Below, in pieces: positions 40,902 through 50,979 of a stretch of DNA of 62,331 bases. The DNA is from Acetomicrobium sp. UBA3949. Lineage in GTDB: Bacteria > Synergistota > Synergistia > Synergistales > Acetomicrobiaceae. Location of the stretch: contig DGDP01000096.1 in the NCBI GenBank assembly GCA_002385485.1, forward strand, positions 569 to 62,899, given 5' to 3'. Both the position numbers and the translations under genes were made by a program. The notes under the pieces are model-generated. The model was given only the letters and a program-made list of their open reading frames with translations, was not told where the DNA came from and searched no databases. Every line of letters begins with the position of its first letter. Position 1 is the first letter of the stretch.

Positions 40902-41008
40902 ACATCCTCCTTTCCAAACATGGGAGGCATCCTCGTTTCCAAAGATACCCATTGGCCAGAAACCATGGAGCCCATGAAGGGTCTTTAGGTTAAATGGCTC
41001 GGAGTTAT
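40902..41008 (-). ncRNA. Moco RNA motif (candidate Moco/Tuco riboswitch), P3-less architecture
   Basis: ACTCCGAGCCA...ACCTAA...ATGGTT..TGGC CAATG GGTATCTTTG-GAAA-CGAGGATGCC TCCC..TTTGGAAAGGAG upstream of a pterin-cofactor enzyme. Confidence 0.8.
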
Positions 41009-41293
41009 TTGTATATTTTATACACGCAATCGTAACATCAATAAACGTTTTATTCAAGATAGTTTATTAATCAAAAAGAAAATTTTTACCTTTTACAATA
41101 ACGATAAATGCAACTTTGTTGCAAAACATGGCCAATTATGAAAGTTTAGCAAGATACATGAGCAGCTTGAAAATATAATATGAAAAGGAATCTTGCAGGA
41201 GTTAAGTGTCATTGAAGGAATTTCATCAATCATATTATTTTACTTCAATTACTACAATCGTTAAATAGGCGAAATTATACAAGTTTTATATTA

Positions 41294-42943
41294 TCATTCA
41301 TCGCGAAGCCTAAGCAATCTTTCTGCGTGGACTACAGCTTCTTTTATTTCGCTAGTACCCGACAACATTCTCGCAATTTCCTGCACCCTTTCCTCTTCGT
41401 TTAACTCTTTGACGTAAGATTCCTCCCCCTCCTTTGTTACCCGAAAATGCTGGTCCGCAAGGGATGCAATGGTAGCCTCATGGGTTATGAGTATAATCTG
41501 GCATTTAGTCGAAAGCTCCTTAAGCTTAAGGCCGGACAACAGAGCAGCCTTGCCTCCCAACCCGGCTTCCACTTCATCGACTATCAGCAATTTGGGCAGG
41601 GTTTCCTCCGGTAATGCCATTTGCAGTGCCAACAAAATTCGACTCAATTCCCCTCCTGAGGCTATTTTGGAAATAGGTGACGGCACATTGCCGTTTGCCT
41701 CTATCATAAAACTGATCGATTCCGCTCCGCTGGATCGAACCTTCTTCAATTCCTCAACTTTGATCGTAAGCACAGTAGTCTCCATTCCAAGATCCTTTAA
41801 ATGAGAATTGACGGCTTCTTCCAATTCCCTCGCTATTTTAATTCGAGAAGCGCGTAGATCAAGCGCGTGCTGGCTCACATCTTTTTTTAATTTGCTTAGC
41901 TCGTCTTTTAATCTTTCCAGTTCGACGAGGCTTTCGGATAACCAGGATATTTCCTTTTGGGCGGTATTGTAATATTCTACAAGCTCTTCAATAGATGAGG
42001 CTTTAGCAATACGTTTGCACTTTCTAAGCTTTCCGAGTTTTGTCTCCAATTCTTCTTCTTTGTGCTGCAACTCTTCGATTGTTGGAGTGTTTTCGAGAAC
42101 TTCTTGTATCTGATGAGTCAATTGTTGCAGGCTTATTAAAAGATTTTGAACAGTGCGATCTATTTCTTCCGAATTCAAGATTGCTTTAAGCCTCCCTGAA
42201 ATACTTTCCACCTCGCCCTCCAAACCACCTGAGGCAATACCGCCTTCTATAGCAATTAATATCCTTTCCAGCTCTTGCCTTCGACTTATCTCGTCTCTTA
42301 TCATCCTCAGTTCATCTTCCCATTCGTATTCGCTGGAAAGCGAGGGATTCAAGGACTTCAATAAATTGGTTAGCTCATCTGCACCGTTATATCTTTCCTC
42401 GACTGACTTACGCCTCTGGGTGAGCTCCTGAATACGTCTTTCCATTTCTACGGCCTTGTGGAATACCGTTGCCATATCCATCTTCTTTTGTTTCAATTCT
42501 AAGCCACCGTAACTATCGAGCAAGTCAAGCTGGCTGTTTTCGTCCAACAGATCCAATTGTGAAAATTGACTTTGAATATGGATAAAATGCACCATTGACC
42601 TGGAAAGGATGTTAAGCGGCACGACATGTCCCTGAATGTAGGATTTGCTTCGCCCCTCAGATGTAACCACACGCCTTACTACCCACATTCCCTCCTGAGG
42701 CTGAAGTTCCTCGGGCAACGAGGGAATGTGATCAGCCTGAAAGGCTCCCTCCACTTCGCCGTTATCTTCCCCTACTCGTAAATAATTAGCCTGTGCTCTT
42801 TTTCCTGCTAATAATTCAAGGGCCCTCACTAGGCTGCTCTTCCCCGACCCGCTTTCGCCAGTGATGGCTATAAAGTTGCCCCTGAGCCTCAAAGATGCTG
42901 TAGTTATACCGCCTATGTTCTTGACATGAAGTTCTTCGAGCAC
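41294..42943 (-). CDS. recN: DNA repair protein RecN
   Basis: ITGESGSGKS, ASGGELSR, DEVEAG and ITH motifs; GTG start overlaps the nadK stop and has a GGAGG RBS. Confidence 0.92.
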   Translation of the reverse strand: MLEELHVKNIGGITTASLRLRGNFIAITGESGSGKSSLVRALELLAGKRAQANYLRVGEDNGEVEGAFQADHIPSLPEELQPQEGMWVVRRVVTSEGRSKSYIQGHVVPLNILSRSMVHFIHIQSQFSQLDLLDENSQLDLLDSYGGLELKQKKMDMATVFHKAVEMERRIQELTQRRKSVEERYNGADELTNLLKSLNPSLSSEYEWEDELRMIRDEISRRQELERILIAIEGGIASGGLEGEVESISGRLKAILNSEEIDRTVQNLLISLQQLTHQIQEVLENTPTIEELQHKEEELETKLGKLRKCKRIAKASSIEELVEYYNTAQKEISWLSESLVELERLKDELSKLKKDVSQHALDLRASRIKIARELEEAVNSHLKDLGMETTVLTIKVEELKKVRSSGAESISFMIEANGNVPSPISKIASGGELSRILLALQMALPEETLPKLLIVDEVEAGLGGKAALLSGLKLKELSTKCQIILITHEATIASLADQHFRVTKEGEESYVKELNEEERVQEIARMLSGTSEIKEAVVHAERLLRLRDE

Positions 42944-43824
42944 TACCAATCCTCCTCGCCCTGACGCACGCTCACGTTGCCCCACTGCAATTTCTCCCTT
43001 AAAAGGTCGAAGTAATTATCTTCTTTGAGCTCGATCGTTGAAACGCACTTATCTCGGGCAATTGATATGTCTATCCTATCCTTAACCATTAGCTCGTAAC
43101 CCAGTTGTCCGTCTTGAGTGAGATATATCTCCTTCTGATCGCTTTTGGGTATAAGAGATATTGTGTCCTCCGAACCCAGCACTAAAGGTCGGGCATATAG
43201 CGTATGAGGGCATATGGGAACCATGACCATCGCATTTACATGGGGAGGTAAAATAGGTCCGCCAGCTGAGAGAGCGTAAGCTGTAGATCCTGTGGGAGTC
43301 GATACGATAATTCCATCCGCAGGAAGCAGGCTCAAAAAGTAATCGTTTACTCTCGACTCGACTTCGATCAACCTGGCAAGCGGTCCCTTGGTTATGACTA
43401 AGTCATTGAGGGCGTACAATACGTGGACAAGGCTTCCCTTTCGCGTCACGCTGCCCTTAAGAGCCTGACGCTTCTGTATCCTGTATGCTCCGGATAAGAT
43501 CTTTTCAATTTCTTCTTCAGCATTATCTGGATTGCCCGTCACCAAAAAACCCAGACGCCCGACGTTAATGCCGTACAATGGAATGTCATAATCCATCACC
43601 ATACGAGAAGCCCTGAGAAAAGTTCCATCTCCGCCAATAACAACGCCAAATTTCACCGGGTTGGTTTCAATGTTCCAATCGAATTCGGGCAATCCAAGCA
43701 TGGCAGACTCGTGGGATGGAGCTACAAAGCCGATCGTCCTTTTTTTACCCCATCCTATCAACCTGTATGCCAGGTTTAGCGCTGTTGACTTTCTAGTATT
43801 CACAATTAAAAGAATTTGATCCAT
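42943..43824 (-). CDS. nadK: NAD(+) kinase
   Basis: GGDGT, GRLGFL, LND and DG...STPTGSTAY motifs. Confidence 0.95.
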   Translation of the reverse strand: MDQILLIVNTRKSTALNLAYRLIGWGKKRTIGFVAPSHESAMLGLPEFDWNIETNPVKFGVVIGGDGTFLRASRMVMDYDIPLYGINVGRLGFLVTGNPDNAEEEIEKILSGAYRIQKRQALKGSVTRKGSLVHVLYALNDLVITKGPLARLIEVESRVNDYFLSLLPADGIIVSTPTGSTAYALSAGGPILPPHVNAMVMVPICPHTLYARPLVLGSEDTISLIPKSDQKEIYLTQDGQLGYELMVKDRIDISIARDKCVSTIELKEDNYFDLLREKLQWGNVSVRQGEEDW

Positions 43825-43845
43825 AAAATGTACCTCATTTCGACG

Positions 43846-44649
43846 TCAATTAAGTTCGTCATGGGCAGCAAGGACGGCTTCATTAAAGTTCAAAGGGCTT
43901 TGCTGTATTTTCCTGGGAGTCAAATGTAATAGAAATTCGATGTTTCCCTTTGGACCCTTTATTGGAGAATGCGTCAGCCCCGATGCATTAAAGGCGACAT
44001 TTCGTTCTATCCACAAAATAAGATCGCGTAAAACTTCTTCGTGCACCTTTGGGTCTGCTACAACTCCGCCTTTGCCAATCCTCTCCCTTCCTGCTTCGAA
44101 TTGCGGCTTCACCAAGGCTATTATATCTCCACTTTTTGACAGCAAATCGACCAAGACGGGAAGTATTAACTTCAACGATATGAAGGAAACATCGACGGTA
44201 ATTAAGTCGGCATCCTCGTCAAAATCTTCTCTTCGCAAATATCTCGCGTTTGTCTTTTCCCTCACCACAACACGCTCGTCCTGCCTCAAAGACCAGGCCA
44301 ACTGGCCGTAACCTACATCAACTGCATATACCTTTTTTGCGCCCCTCTCGAGCAATACATGCGTAAAACCTCCTGTGGAAGCGCCAATATCAATACAAAC
44401 CAAACCTCCAGGATTCACGCCAAAAACGTCTAACGCCTTGAGTAACTTATGAGCTCCTCTGCTTACCCAACTATCCTGTCGGACTATTTCAATATCGCAA
44501 TCTATGTCGACGAAGGTGCCAGCTTTTGAAACAAGCTCGCCATTTACCTTAACTCTTCCCGCTAGAATCAATGCCGCTGCCTTATTTCTCGTATCAACAA
44601 GCCCTCGATAGACGAGCAGTTTATCCAATCGCTCTTTCAAAGTGCTCAC
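43846..44649 (-). CDS. tlyA: TlyA family rRNA 2'-O-methyltransferase
   Basis: S4 domain, DIGASTGGFT, DVSFISL, KPQFE and GNIEF motifs. Confidence 0.92.
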   Translation of the reverse strand: MSTLKERLDKLLVYRGLVDTRNKAAALILAGRVKVNGELVSKAGTFVDIDCDIEIVRQDSWVSRGAHKLLKALDVFGVNPGGLVCIDIGASTGGFTHVLLERGAKKVYAVDVGYGQLAWSLRQDERVVVREKTNARYLRREDFDEDADLITVDVSFISLKLILPVLVDLLSKSGDIIALVKPQFEAGRERIGKGGVVADPKVHEEVLRDLILWIERNVAFNASGLTHSPIKGPKGNIEFLLHLTPRKIQQSPLNFNEAVLAAHDELN

Positions 44650-46498
44650 TAACCCTTTTCACCACCTCATCGCTGCTTAATCCAACATAACGAAGCTGTT
44701 CATCTCTTGCTCCTTGAGGAACATAAATGTCAGGAATTGCAATATGAATCCAATCCAGGCCTTTATTTACGTCAAAGGCAAACTTGCTCAATTGTTCGCC
44801 TACGCCCCCTATACTGTAGGTCTCCTCGGCAATTACGACACAAGAATGGGCAGAAAACAACCTCTCAAGCGTCTCTAAATCCAATGGCTTTATAAATCTC
44901 AAGTCAACCACAGTAGGATTTATGTGTAATAAATTATTGATTTTATCGCAAGATTCCAGAAGGATAGGTATAGTGCCTCCATAGCCAATCAAAAGGACCT
45001 CTTCCCCCTGTCTCAAGATTTCAGACTTGAGCCATTCGAAGGGTTGATCCTCATCTCTTCTACCTAGAGAAAATGGGGCCTCTCCTTTTGGATACCTTAT
45101 TATGGCCGGCAAAGAACTATGCTCAATCAAATTGGCGAATATATATTCCAAATCTATTACATCCCGGGGCGACGCAATGGTAAGTCCCGGAACCGATTTA
45201 TACCAAGAGATATCGAGCAGCCCATGATGTGTTTCGCCATCCTCGCCAACAAGCCCGGACCTATCTAAGGCAATAAGAACCGGCAACCTTTGCATAGCTA
45301 TATCGTGATATAGTTGATCTGCCGCCCTCTGCAAAAAGGTAGAATAAATGAAGACGACCGGTCGCAATCCTCCCGCTGCCAAGCCGGCAGCGTAAGTAAG
45401 CAAATGCTCTTCTGCAATACCTACGTCAAAAAATCTTCCGGGGAATTTCTTTTTAAATCCCGTCAAATTGCAACCTTCCTCCATTGCAGCGGTAAGACAA
45501 ATAATTCTGTCATCGTTTTCCGCAAGTTTCTCAACGCATTGAGCTGAAGCCTTGCTCCAGGATAAAGAGTTGGCCGAGCAATTCGGCTTTTTCGCAGACA
45601 CTCCATGATATTTGGTTGGGTTTTCTTCGGCCGGAACGTAACCTTTGCCCTTTTGGGTTATAACGTGTATTAAGACTGATTCATCAAAGGCTTTGGCCAG
45701 TTTGAATACCTCTTCAAGCTCTTCTATGTCGTGTCCGTTGAAAGGTCCCCAATAGTTAATGCCCAAAGCTTCAAATATGTTGATCGGCTGAAACATTGTC
45801 TTTACCTGGTATTTCATCTTTTTTAACGCCTCTGCGACTAGAGCGCTACCCAAGGGCAATCCCTCGCAAAGCGACTTTATAGCATCCTTTGCCCTTCTAT
45901 ACGAAGGATTAGTGCTCAGGTGGCTAAGATGTTTAGCTAAACCGCCAATTGGAACATTTATGGACATTTTATTGTCATTTAAGATTATTATCACTTTTGT
46001 CTTAAGTTCATCGATCTGGTTTAACGCCTCAAAGGACATGCCATTCGATATGGAAGAATCTCCTACTACAGCAATGACTTCATGTTTTTGGCGCAAAAGA
46101 TCACGAGACTTGGCATATCCCATCGCGGCTGAAATGGACGTACCTGCATGGCCGGTGTTAAAGTGATCACAGGAGCTTTCCTCTCTTTTGGGAAATCCGC
46201 TAATTCCTTCCCATTGCCTCAGCGTGTTAAATCGATCCTTACGTCCCGTCAATATCTTATAGGTATAACATTGATGGCCAACATCAAAGACAATCTTGTC
46301 CTCCAATGGGTCGTAAACTGATAGCAGCGCAACGGTTAATTCGACAGTCCCCAGAGATGAGGCTAGATGTCCTCCGTTTTCCGTAGCCACATCTATAATC
46401 ATTTGTCTTATTTCATTGCAAAGCCGGCTCTTTTCTGTATGCTTCAAATGGCGAAGGTCCCTGTAGTCTTTGATTTTACCTAAATAATTCAATGACAA
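44621..46498 (-). CDS. dxs: 1-deoxy-D-xylulose-5-phosphate synthase
   Basis: GGHLASSLG, FDVGHQ, NDNKMSI, IAEEH and DRSGLVGEDGETH motifs. Confidence 0.96.
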   Translation of the reverse strand: MSLNYLGKIKDYRDLRHLKHTEKSRLCNEIRQMIIDVATENGGHLASSLGTVELTVALLSVYDPLEDKIVFDVGHQCYTYKILTGRKDRFNTLRQWEGISGFPKREESSCDHFNTGHAGTSISAAMGYAKSRDLLRQKHEVIAVVGDSSISNGMSFEALNQIDELKTKVIIILNDNKMSINVPIGGLAKHLSHLSTNPSYRRAKDAIKSLCEGLPLGSALVAEALKKMKYQVKTMFQPINIFEALGINYWGPFNGHDIEELEEVFKLAKAFDESVLIHVITQKGKGYVPAEENPTKYHGVSAKKPNCSANSLSWSKASAQCVEKLAENDDRIICLTAAMEEGCNLTGFKKKFPGRFFDVGIAEEHLLTYAAGLAAGGLRPVVFIYSTFLQRAADQLYHDIAMQRLPVLIALDRSGLVGEDGETHHGLLDISWYKSVPGLTIASPRDVIDLEYIFANLIEHSSLPAIIRYPKGEAPFSLGRRDEDQPFEWLKSEILRQGEEVLLIGYGGTIPILLESCDKINNLLHINPTVVDLRFIKPLDLETLERLFSAHSCVVIAEETYSIGGVGEQLSKFAFDVNKGLDWIHIAIPDIYVPQGARDEQLRYVGLSSDEVVKRVSEHFERAIG

Positions 46499-46501
46499 GG
46501 C

Positions 46502-47398
46502 TTATTTAGACCTCCTCGCAATATATTCGGCAATATCTAGAAAAACTTCGAAATCAGGTCCTAATGGAAGAATCGAGTCTATTGCTTTTTTCGTTTCTTC
46601 CATGGCCAACTCCTTCGCTCTTTCCAAACCGTGAAGGGCAACAAACGTTAGCTTGCCCTCCTTAGCGTCCTTTCCTGGCGTTTTTCCAAGCTCTGAAATG
46701 CTTCCCGTTACATCGAGTATATCATCAATGATCTGAAAGGAAATGCCGAGATGTGTCCCATAATTATATAAACATGACATTGTTTTTTCACCGGCTCCGA
46801 CGAGTGCAGCCGAAGCGGTGATGGAAGCACGAAGCAAGGTAGCCGTTTTAAGCTCGCACATTTTCCACAAAAACTCCCCTTCTCCTTCGTGGCCTTCCTG
46901 TGTTATGTCGAGAGCCTGCCCTCCACATATCCCACAGGGTCCAATGGCATGGGAGAAAATTTTAAGGGCGTTAAGTATGTTCGATTGGGTAAAGCCAAGT
47001 CTCGGCAGTTCTTGCAAGCATAGTTCAAAGCCGTAAGCCAACAACGAATCTCCTGCCAAAACGGCCATTGCTTCGCCATATACTTTATGGTTCGTTAGTT
47101 TTCCACGTCTATAGTCATCATTATCCATGCAGGGAAGATCATCGTGAATTAAAGACGCAGTATGTGCCATCTCTATGGCGGCCGCTAAAGGCAACACTCC
47201 ATCGGGGTCAATGCCAAGTTTTTCGGCGGTTATTTGACACAGGACAGGCCTTATCCTCTTCCCTCCATTCAAAAGCGAATAGGCAATACATTGACACAAG
47301 ACATCCGGAATCTCGTCATTGTTGAGTATATTCTCCAAATAGGCATCTATTTTTTCTTTTTTCGACTCAAAGATTTGTTTTAGTTCAACATTACTCAA
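46502..47398 (-). CDS. ispA: Geranyl/farnesyl diphosphate synthase
   Basis: GGKRIRP, HDDLPCMD..D.RRG and FQIIDDILD motifs; TTG start overlaps the xseB stop. Confidence 0.9.
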   Translation of the reverse strand: MSNVELKQIFESKKEKIDAYLENILNNDEIPDVLCQCIAYSLLNGGKRIRPVLCQITAEKLGIDPDGVLPLAAAIEMAHTASLIHDDLPCMDNDDYRRGKLTNHKVYGEAMAVLAGDSLLAYGFELCLQELPRLGFTQSNILNALKIFSHAIGPCGICGGQALDITQEGHEGEGEFLWKMCELKTATLLRASITASAALVGAGEKTMSCLYNYGTHLGISFQIIDDILDVTGSISELGKTPGKDAKEGKLTFVALHGLERAKELAMEETKKAIDSILPLGPDFEVFLDIAEYIARRSK

Positions 47399-47619
47399 TT
47401 TTCGCCCTCCTCTCGAGGTTCCCAAGGGGTCTCATCACCTTCTTCGCTTACGAGCATTATTTTTTGCTCCGCCTCGGCAAGATAGGCCTGACAACTTCTC
47501 ACCAAGGCAACTCCCCGCTCAAATATACTCATAGCCTCCTCAAGAGGAAGCGCCTCCTTTTCCAGTCGTTGTATTATCTTTTCTAACTCTTCGATATCTT
47601 TTGAAAACGACATTTTCAC
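47395..47619 (-). CDS. xseB: Exodeoxyribonuclease VII small subunit
   Basis: LEKII..LE....LEEAM..FERGV.L...C...L..AEQKI pattern. Confidence 0.9.
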   Translation of the reverse strand: MKMSFSKDIEELEKIIQRLEKEALPLEEAMSIFERGVALVRSCQAYLAEAEQKIMLVSEEGDETPWEPREEGEN

Positions 47620-47709
47620 TCCCCCAAACTGGACTTTTCATTTGATTTTTCGCTCTCATACATGTTAAAATACCCTCGCCGTTTTATATTGCAAAGGAGG
47701 TAACTTAAC

Positions 47710-47904
47710 ATGTCTCGTGTATGTGATTGTTGTGGACGAGGTCCGATAACCGGGAATAAGGTTAGTCATTCCAATCGCAAAACCAGGCGTCGTTGGCTGG
47801 TAAATTTGCAGGTCGTTAACGTTGATCTCGGTGGTGGTATCAAGAAGCGGATGAAAGTCTGTACTCGTTGTTTGCGCTCCGGTTTGGTCAAGCGGGCAAT
47901 TTAA
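47710..47904 (+). CDS. rpmB: 50S ribosomal protein L28
   Basis: [18 protein letters not shown]...VCTRCLR; AAGGAGG RBS. Confidence 0.96.
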   Translation: MSRVCDCCGRGPITGNKVSHSNRKTRRRWLVNLQVVNVDLGGGIKKRMKVCTRCLRSGLVKRAI

Positions 47905-47924
47905 AAGCCCGCTTTTTATAATAT

Positions 47925-48644
47925 TCATTTTGGGCCCAGACATATATATACTCCAACGCAACCGCTATCGACCTTTAAATCAACTTCTCGTTCATCGCTT
48001 ACTAACTCGTTACTGACGGCAAATGGTTCATCGAGCCTCAACGTAGCATTATCCAGTTCCCATTTAACTTTTTTTATGCTAACCCCGTGAGAACTCGGGG
48101 TTAAAGACAAAAGGGAGATAGCAAGAGGCTTATTGTTAAAATGCAATTTCAATTCCTCACCGCCCCTTAACAGTATAAAGGATTCCTCTTCGTCAAGGAA
48201 ACCAGCAGCATCCACCCCCCGTTTTTTTGCCCATTGCAAGCTAAAGATATTGCTCAAAGAGTGGTCCAATCTGCCGCCTAGTCCCGCCGTAACAAAGACA
48301 GATACCGACCTTCCGTAACTTCTGCTAATTTGCATTAGGGCAAGCTGTAAGTCGGTGTAATCTTTGTCTTTCGGATACCTGTAGACTTTTGCTCCAGCCT
48401 CCTTAGCCCATGCCCAATCCTCCAAAGGAGAGCTGTCTCCGTCGCCGACAATCGCTTTAGGTATGACATTAAGTTTTCTGCAATAGGTAACTCCTCTATC
48501 GGCTACCCAAACGTCAAAACATCTCGCCGTAGCTTCCAGCCATGCGTCACTTGGAGGCTTTCCGCCTGCTATCAGCAAAACCTTGCAGTCACAAAAGGAG
48601 GGAGTTCTTAGCATCGAAAAGGATTCGACTTCAATCAATTCCAT
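47925..48644 (-). CDS. thiN: Thiamine diphosphokinase
   Basis: ADRG, GDGDS, KDYTD, GGRLDH and VSNE motifs; start placed at the ATG overlapping the ftsK end. Confidence 0.85.
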   Translation of the reverse strand: MELIEVESFSMLRTPSFCDCKVLLIAGGKPPSDAWLEATARCFDVWVADRGVTYCRKLNVIPKAIVGDGDSSPLEDWAWAKEAGAKVYRYPKDKDYTDLQLALMQISRSYGRSVSVFVTAGLGGRLDHSLSNIFSLQWAKKRGVDAAGFLDEEESFILLRGGEELKLHFNNKPLAISLLSLTPSSHGVSIKKVKWELDNATLRLDEPFAVSNELVSDEREVDLKVDSGCVGVYICLGPK

Positions 48645-50979
48645 TGCTTTCACCACCCAACGCTTCGGCCAAAACCTGCCTTGCCTTACCTTCATCGAGA
48701 AGTATTTCCCTAGGTTTAGATCCCTCCTGAGGACCAACTATGCCCAATTGTTCCATGGTATCGATAATACGTGCTGCCCTTGTAAATCCAATTCTAAGTT
48801 GACGTTGAAGCCTGCTAGCAGAGGCTATACCAGTCGCCAAGACAACTTCAACGGCCTCTTCGAGCAAAGGATCGTCCAAATAGGCAGCCTCATGGCTCGT
48901 CTGCCCCTCCTCCGATATGTTGATATATTCTGGCTCCCCAAAGATGTTAACGGTGTATTGTATAAAGCGATTTATAGTGTCCTCATCCACCCATGGAGCT
49001 TGAATTCTGACGGGTTTTGAGTACTTTGGAGACAGAAAAAGCATGTCGCCCTTACCAAGGAGCTTCTCAGCGCCTCCTACATCGAGGATTGTTCTTGAAT
49101 CGGCCTGGGATGGCAATGCGAAGGCCACTCGAGCTGGAATATTTGCCTTAATCAAACCGGTCACTACATTGACCGATGGTCGTTGCGTAGCCAAAATAAG
49201 GTGAATCCCCGTTGCCCTTGCCATCTGAGCTAACCTGCAAATATAATCTTCTACTTCTTTAGGCGAAGTCATCATTAAGTCTGCCAATTCGTCTACTACA
49301 ATCACGATATTGTAGAGCCTATCCTTCGGCAAAACCTTCTCGTTGTAAGACACGATATTTCTTACTCGTGCTTTTGCAAAGAGATTGTATCTACGCTCCA
49401 TTTCGTTAATAGCCCAAGCCAGAGCAGCGACTGCCTCCTTTGTCTCCACTATTGGCGAAGCCAGGACATGAGGAAGCTTTTCGTAAAAGGTCATCTCTAC
49501 TCTTTTTGGATCTATGAGAAGCAGTTTAACTTCATCTGGACGCCTCTCGAAGCACATTCCTATCAAACAAGAGGAAATAAAAACACTCTTACCCGATCCG
49601 GTTGTTCCCGCCACGAGCAAATGAGGAAGGCTCTCAAGCCCAACCACCATGGGACTGCCGTCTACGTTCAAGCCAAGCGGTAAAGGCAATTCATATTTTG
49701 AATGCGTAAAGTTAGGAGACTCTATGACCTCTCTCAAATGTACGGCCCTTCGCTTAGGGTTCGGTATCTCTATGCCCACATAAGGCTGTCCCAGTATCGG
49801 AGCTTCCACTCTGAGACTGGGAACTGCTAAAGCCAATGCCAGATCGTTCGACAAAGCCGCTATCCTGCTGACTTTTATTCCGGGTGCTATTTGTATACGA
49901 AATTGAATTACCGTAGGCCCCTGTACTATATCCGCTAACTCCGCTTCTATTCCAAATTCGGCCAAAGTATCGACTATCTTAGCCCCGTATCGCTCCAATA
50001 TGGGCTTGATATCGGCAGTTATGTTGTTGTCAACGGCTGCCCCCAATATATCCAAAGGTGGAGGAAACTTTCCAGGTTCCACATCGGGAGGTAACACAAA
50101 ACCGTCTTCAGCGTCGTCAACTTCAAACACACTTAAGCCATCTTCGCTAATTTCGGAAACAATATCATCTGCCTTTTCCCCGATTACAGACGATAGAGGA
50201 AGCCCAATATCGGCAGCTCCTTCGCTTACCTCTTTGGTATGATCGCGAAAATCGACCGCATCATGGGACTGAAACTCATAATCGATGGATTCGGATTTGT
50301 CACGTCTGCTCCTCTTTCCGAATAAAGATAGATAAAAATCTTTTAGTTTACAGTAAAGCCTTGAAAAAGGTAATTTCAAGGCTGAAATGAAATCCGTGAA
50401 ATTTCCCTTTCCATGAAGAAAAAAGAGCGTGATTGCCAACATCAATCCAAAAAGAGAAATACCAAGAGGTCCAACGCTTTGAAGCGATATTGATGCAATA
50501 AAATAACCCCAAGTTCCGCAAAAGGTTATATCAAAAGTGTTTGGATTATTTAGGTATATCAAACCGAGGAATAGCTCGAGAATCAAAAAGAACAAAAACA
50601 CTATACCAGTTTGAGCTAATAGGGCCGAAACCTTTCGTTTAGCCAAGAGCACAATACATATATAACTTAAATAAAACAGCGGAATTAATGAGGCAAGACC
50701 CCATTTTCCAGTTAGAAACTCCTTTGATCGCTCGCCGATAAAGCCTGTCCATGGAGTAAATATGCTTGTAATTAGGTAAATAGTAACGAAAAGAAGAAGG
50801 ATCAAAAGAAATTCGAACATCCTGGTTGCTCTTTGCATCCTAACACGGCATCTCTCTTCGTTAAAAAAGTCAACAAAGGCTGCTTTCAGGGTATGAGTCA
50901 ATCCGCCTACCCGCTCTTTAATTCCTCTTTTATTCGTTTTTGACCTGCCTTTTGTCTTTCTCGAATAGCGGTCTGACAT
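48631..50979 (-). CDS. ftsK: DNA translocase FtsK/SpoIIIE
   Basis: N-terminal TM segments, PHLLVAGTTGSGKS, DELADLM, ATQRPS and gamma domain. Confidence 0.95.
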   Translation of the reverse strand: MSDRYSRKTKGRSKTNKRGIKERVGGLTHTLKAAFVDFFNEERCRVRMQRATRMFEFLLILLLFVTIYLITSIFTPWTGFIGERSKEFLTGKWGLASLIPLFYLSYICIVLLAKRKVSALLAQTGIVFLFFLILELFLGLIYLNNPNTFDITFCGTWGYFIASISLQSVGPLGISLFGLMLAITLFFLHGKGNFTDFISALKLPFSRLYCKLKDFYLSLFGKRSRRDKSESIDYEFQSHDAVDFRDHTKEVSEGAADIGLPLSSVIGEKADDIVSEISEDGLSVFEVDDAEDGFVLPPDVEPGKFPPPLDILGAAVDNNITADIKPILERYGAKIVDTLAEFGIEAELADIVQGPTVIQFRIQIAPGIKVSRIAALSNDLALALAVPSLRVEAPILGQPYVGIEIPNPKRRAVHLREVIESPNFTHSKYELPLPLGLNVDGSPMVVGLESLPHLLVAGTTGSGKSVFISSCLIGMCFERRPDEVKLLLIDPKRVEMTFYEKLPHVLASPIVETKEAVAALAWAINEMERRYNLFAKARVRNIVSYNEKVLPKDRLYNIVIVVDELADLMMTSPKEVEDYICRLAQMARATGIHLILATQRPSVNVVTGLIKANIPARVAFALPSQADSRTILDVGGAEKLLGKGDMLFLSPKYSKPVRIQAPWVDEDTINRFIQYTVNIFGEPEYINISEEGQTSHEAAYLDDPLLEEAVEVVLATGIASASRLQRQLRIGFTRAARIIDTMEQLGIVGPQEGSKPREILLDEGKARQVLAEALGGESNGID

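Noticed and set aside
40626-41057. Two 60-aa minus-strand ORFs in the oxidoreductase leader
   Set aside because: They overlap the Moco RNA, the leader helices and the main start, and show no recognisable protein features or clear RBS.
41119-41135. Sigma54-like TTGGCCATGTTTTGCA on the minus strand upstream of the oxidoreductase
   Set aside because: Only 9 nt separate GG and GC, whereas sigma54 promoters need 10.
47665-47961. 98-aa minus-strand ORF
   Set aside because: Antisense to rpmB, which has a clear L28 sequence and RBS.
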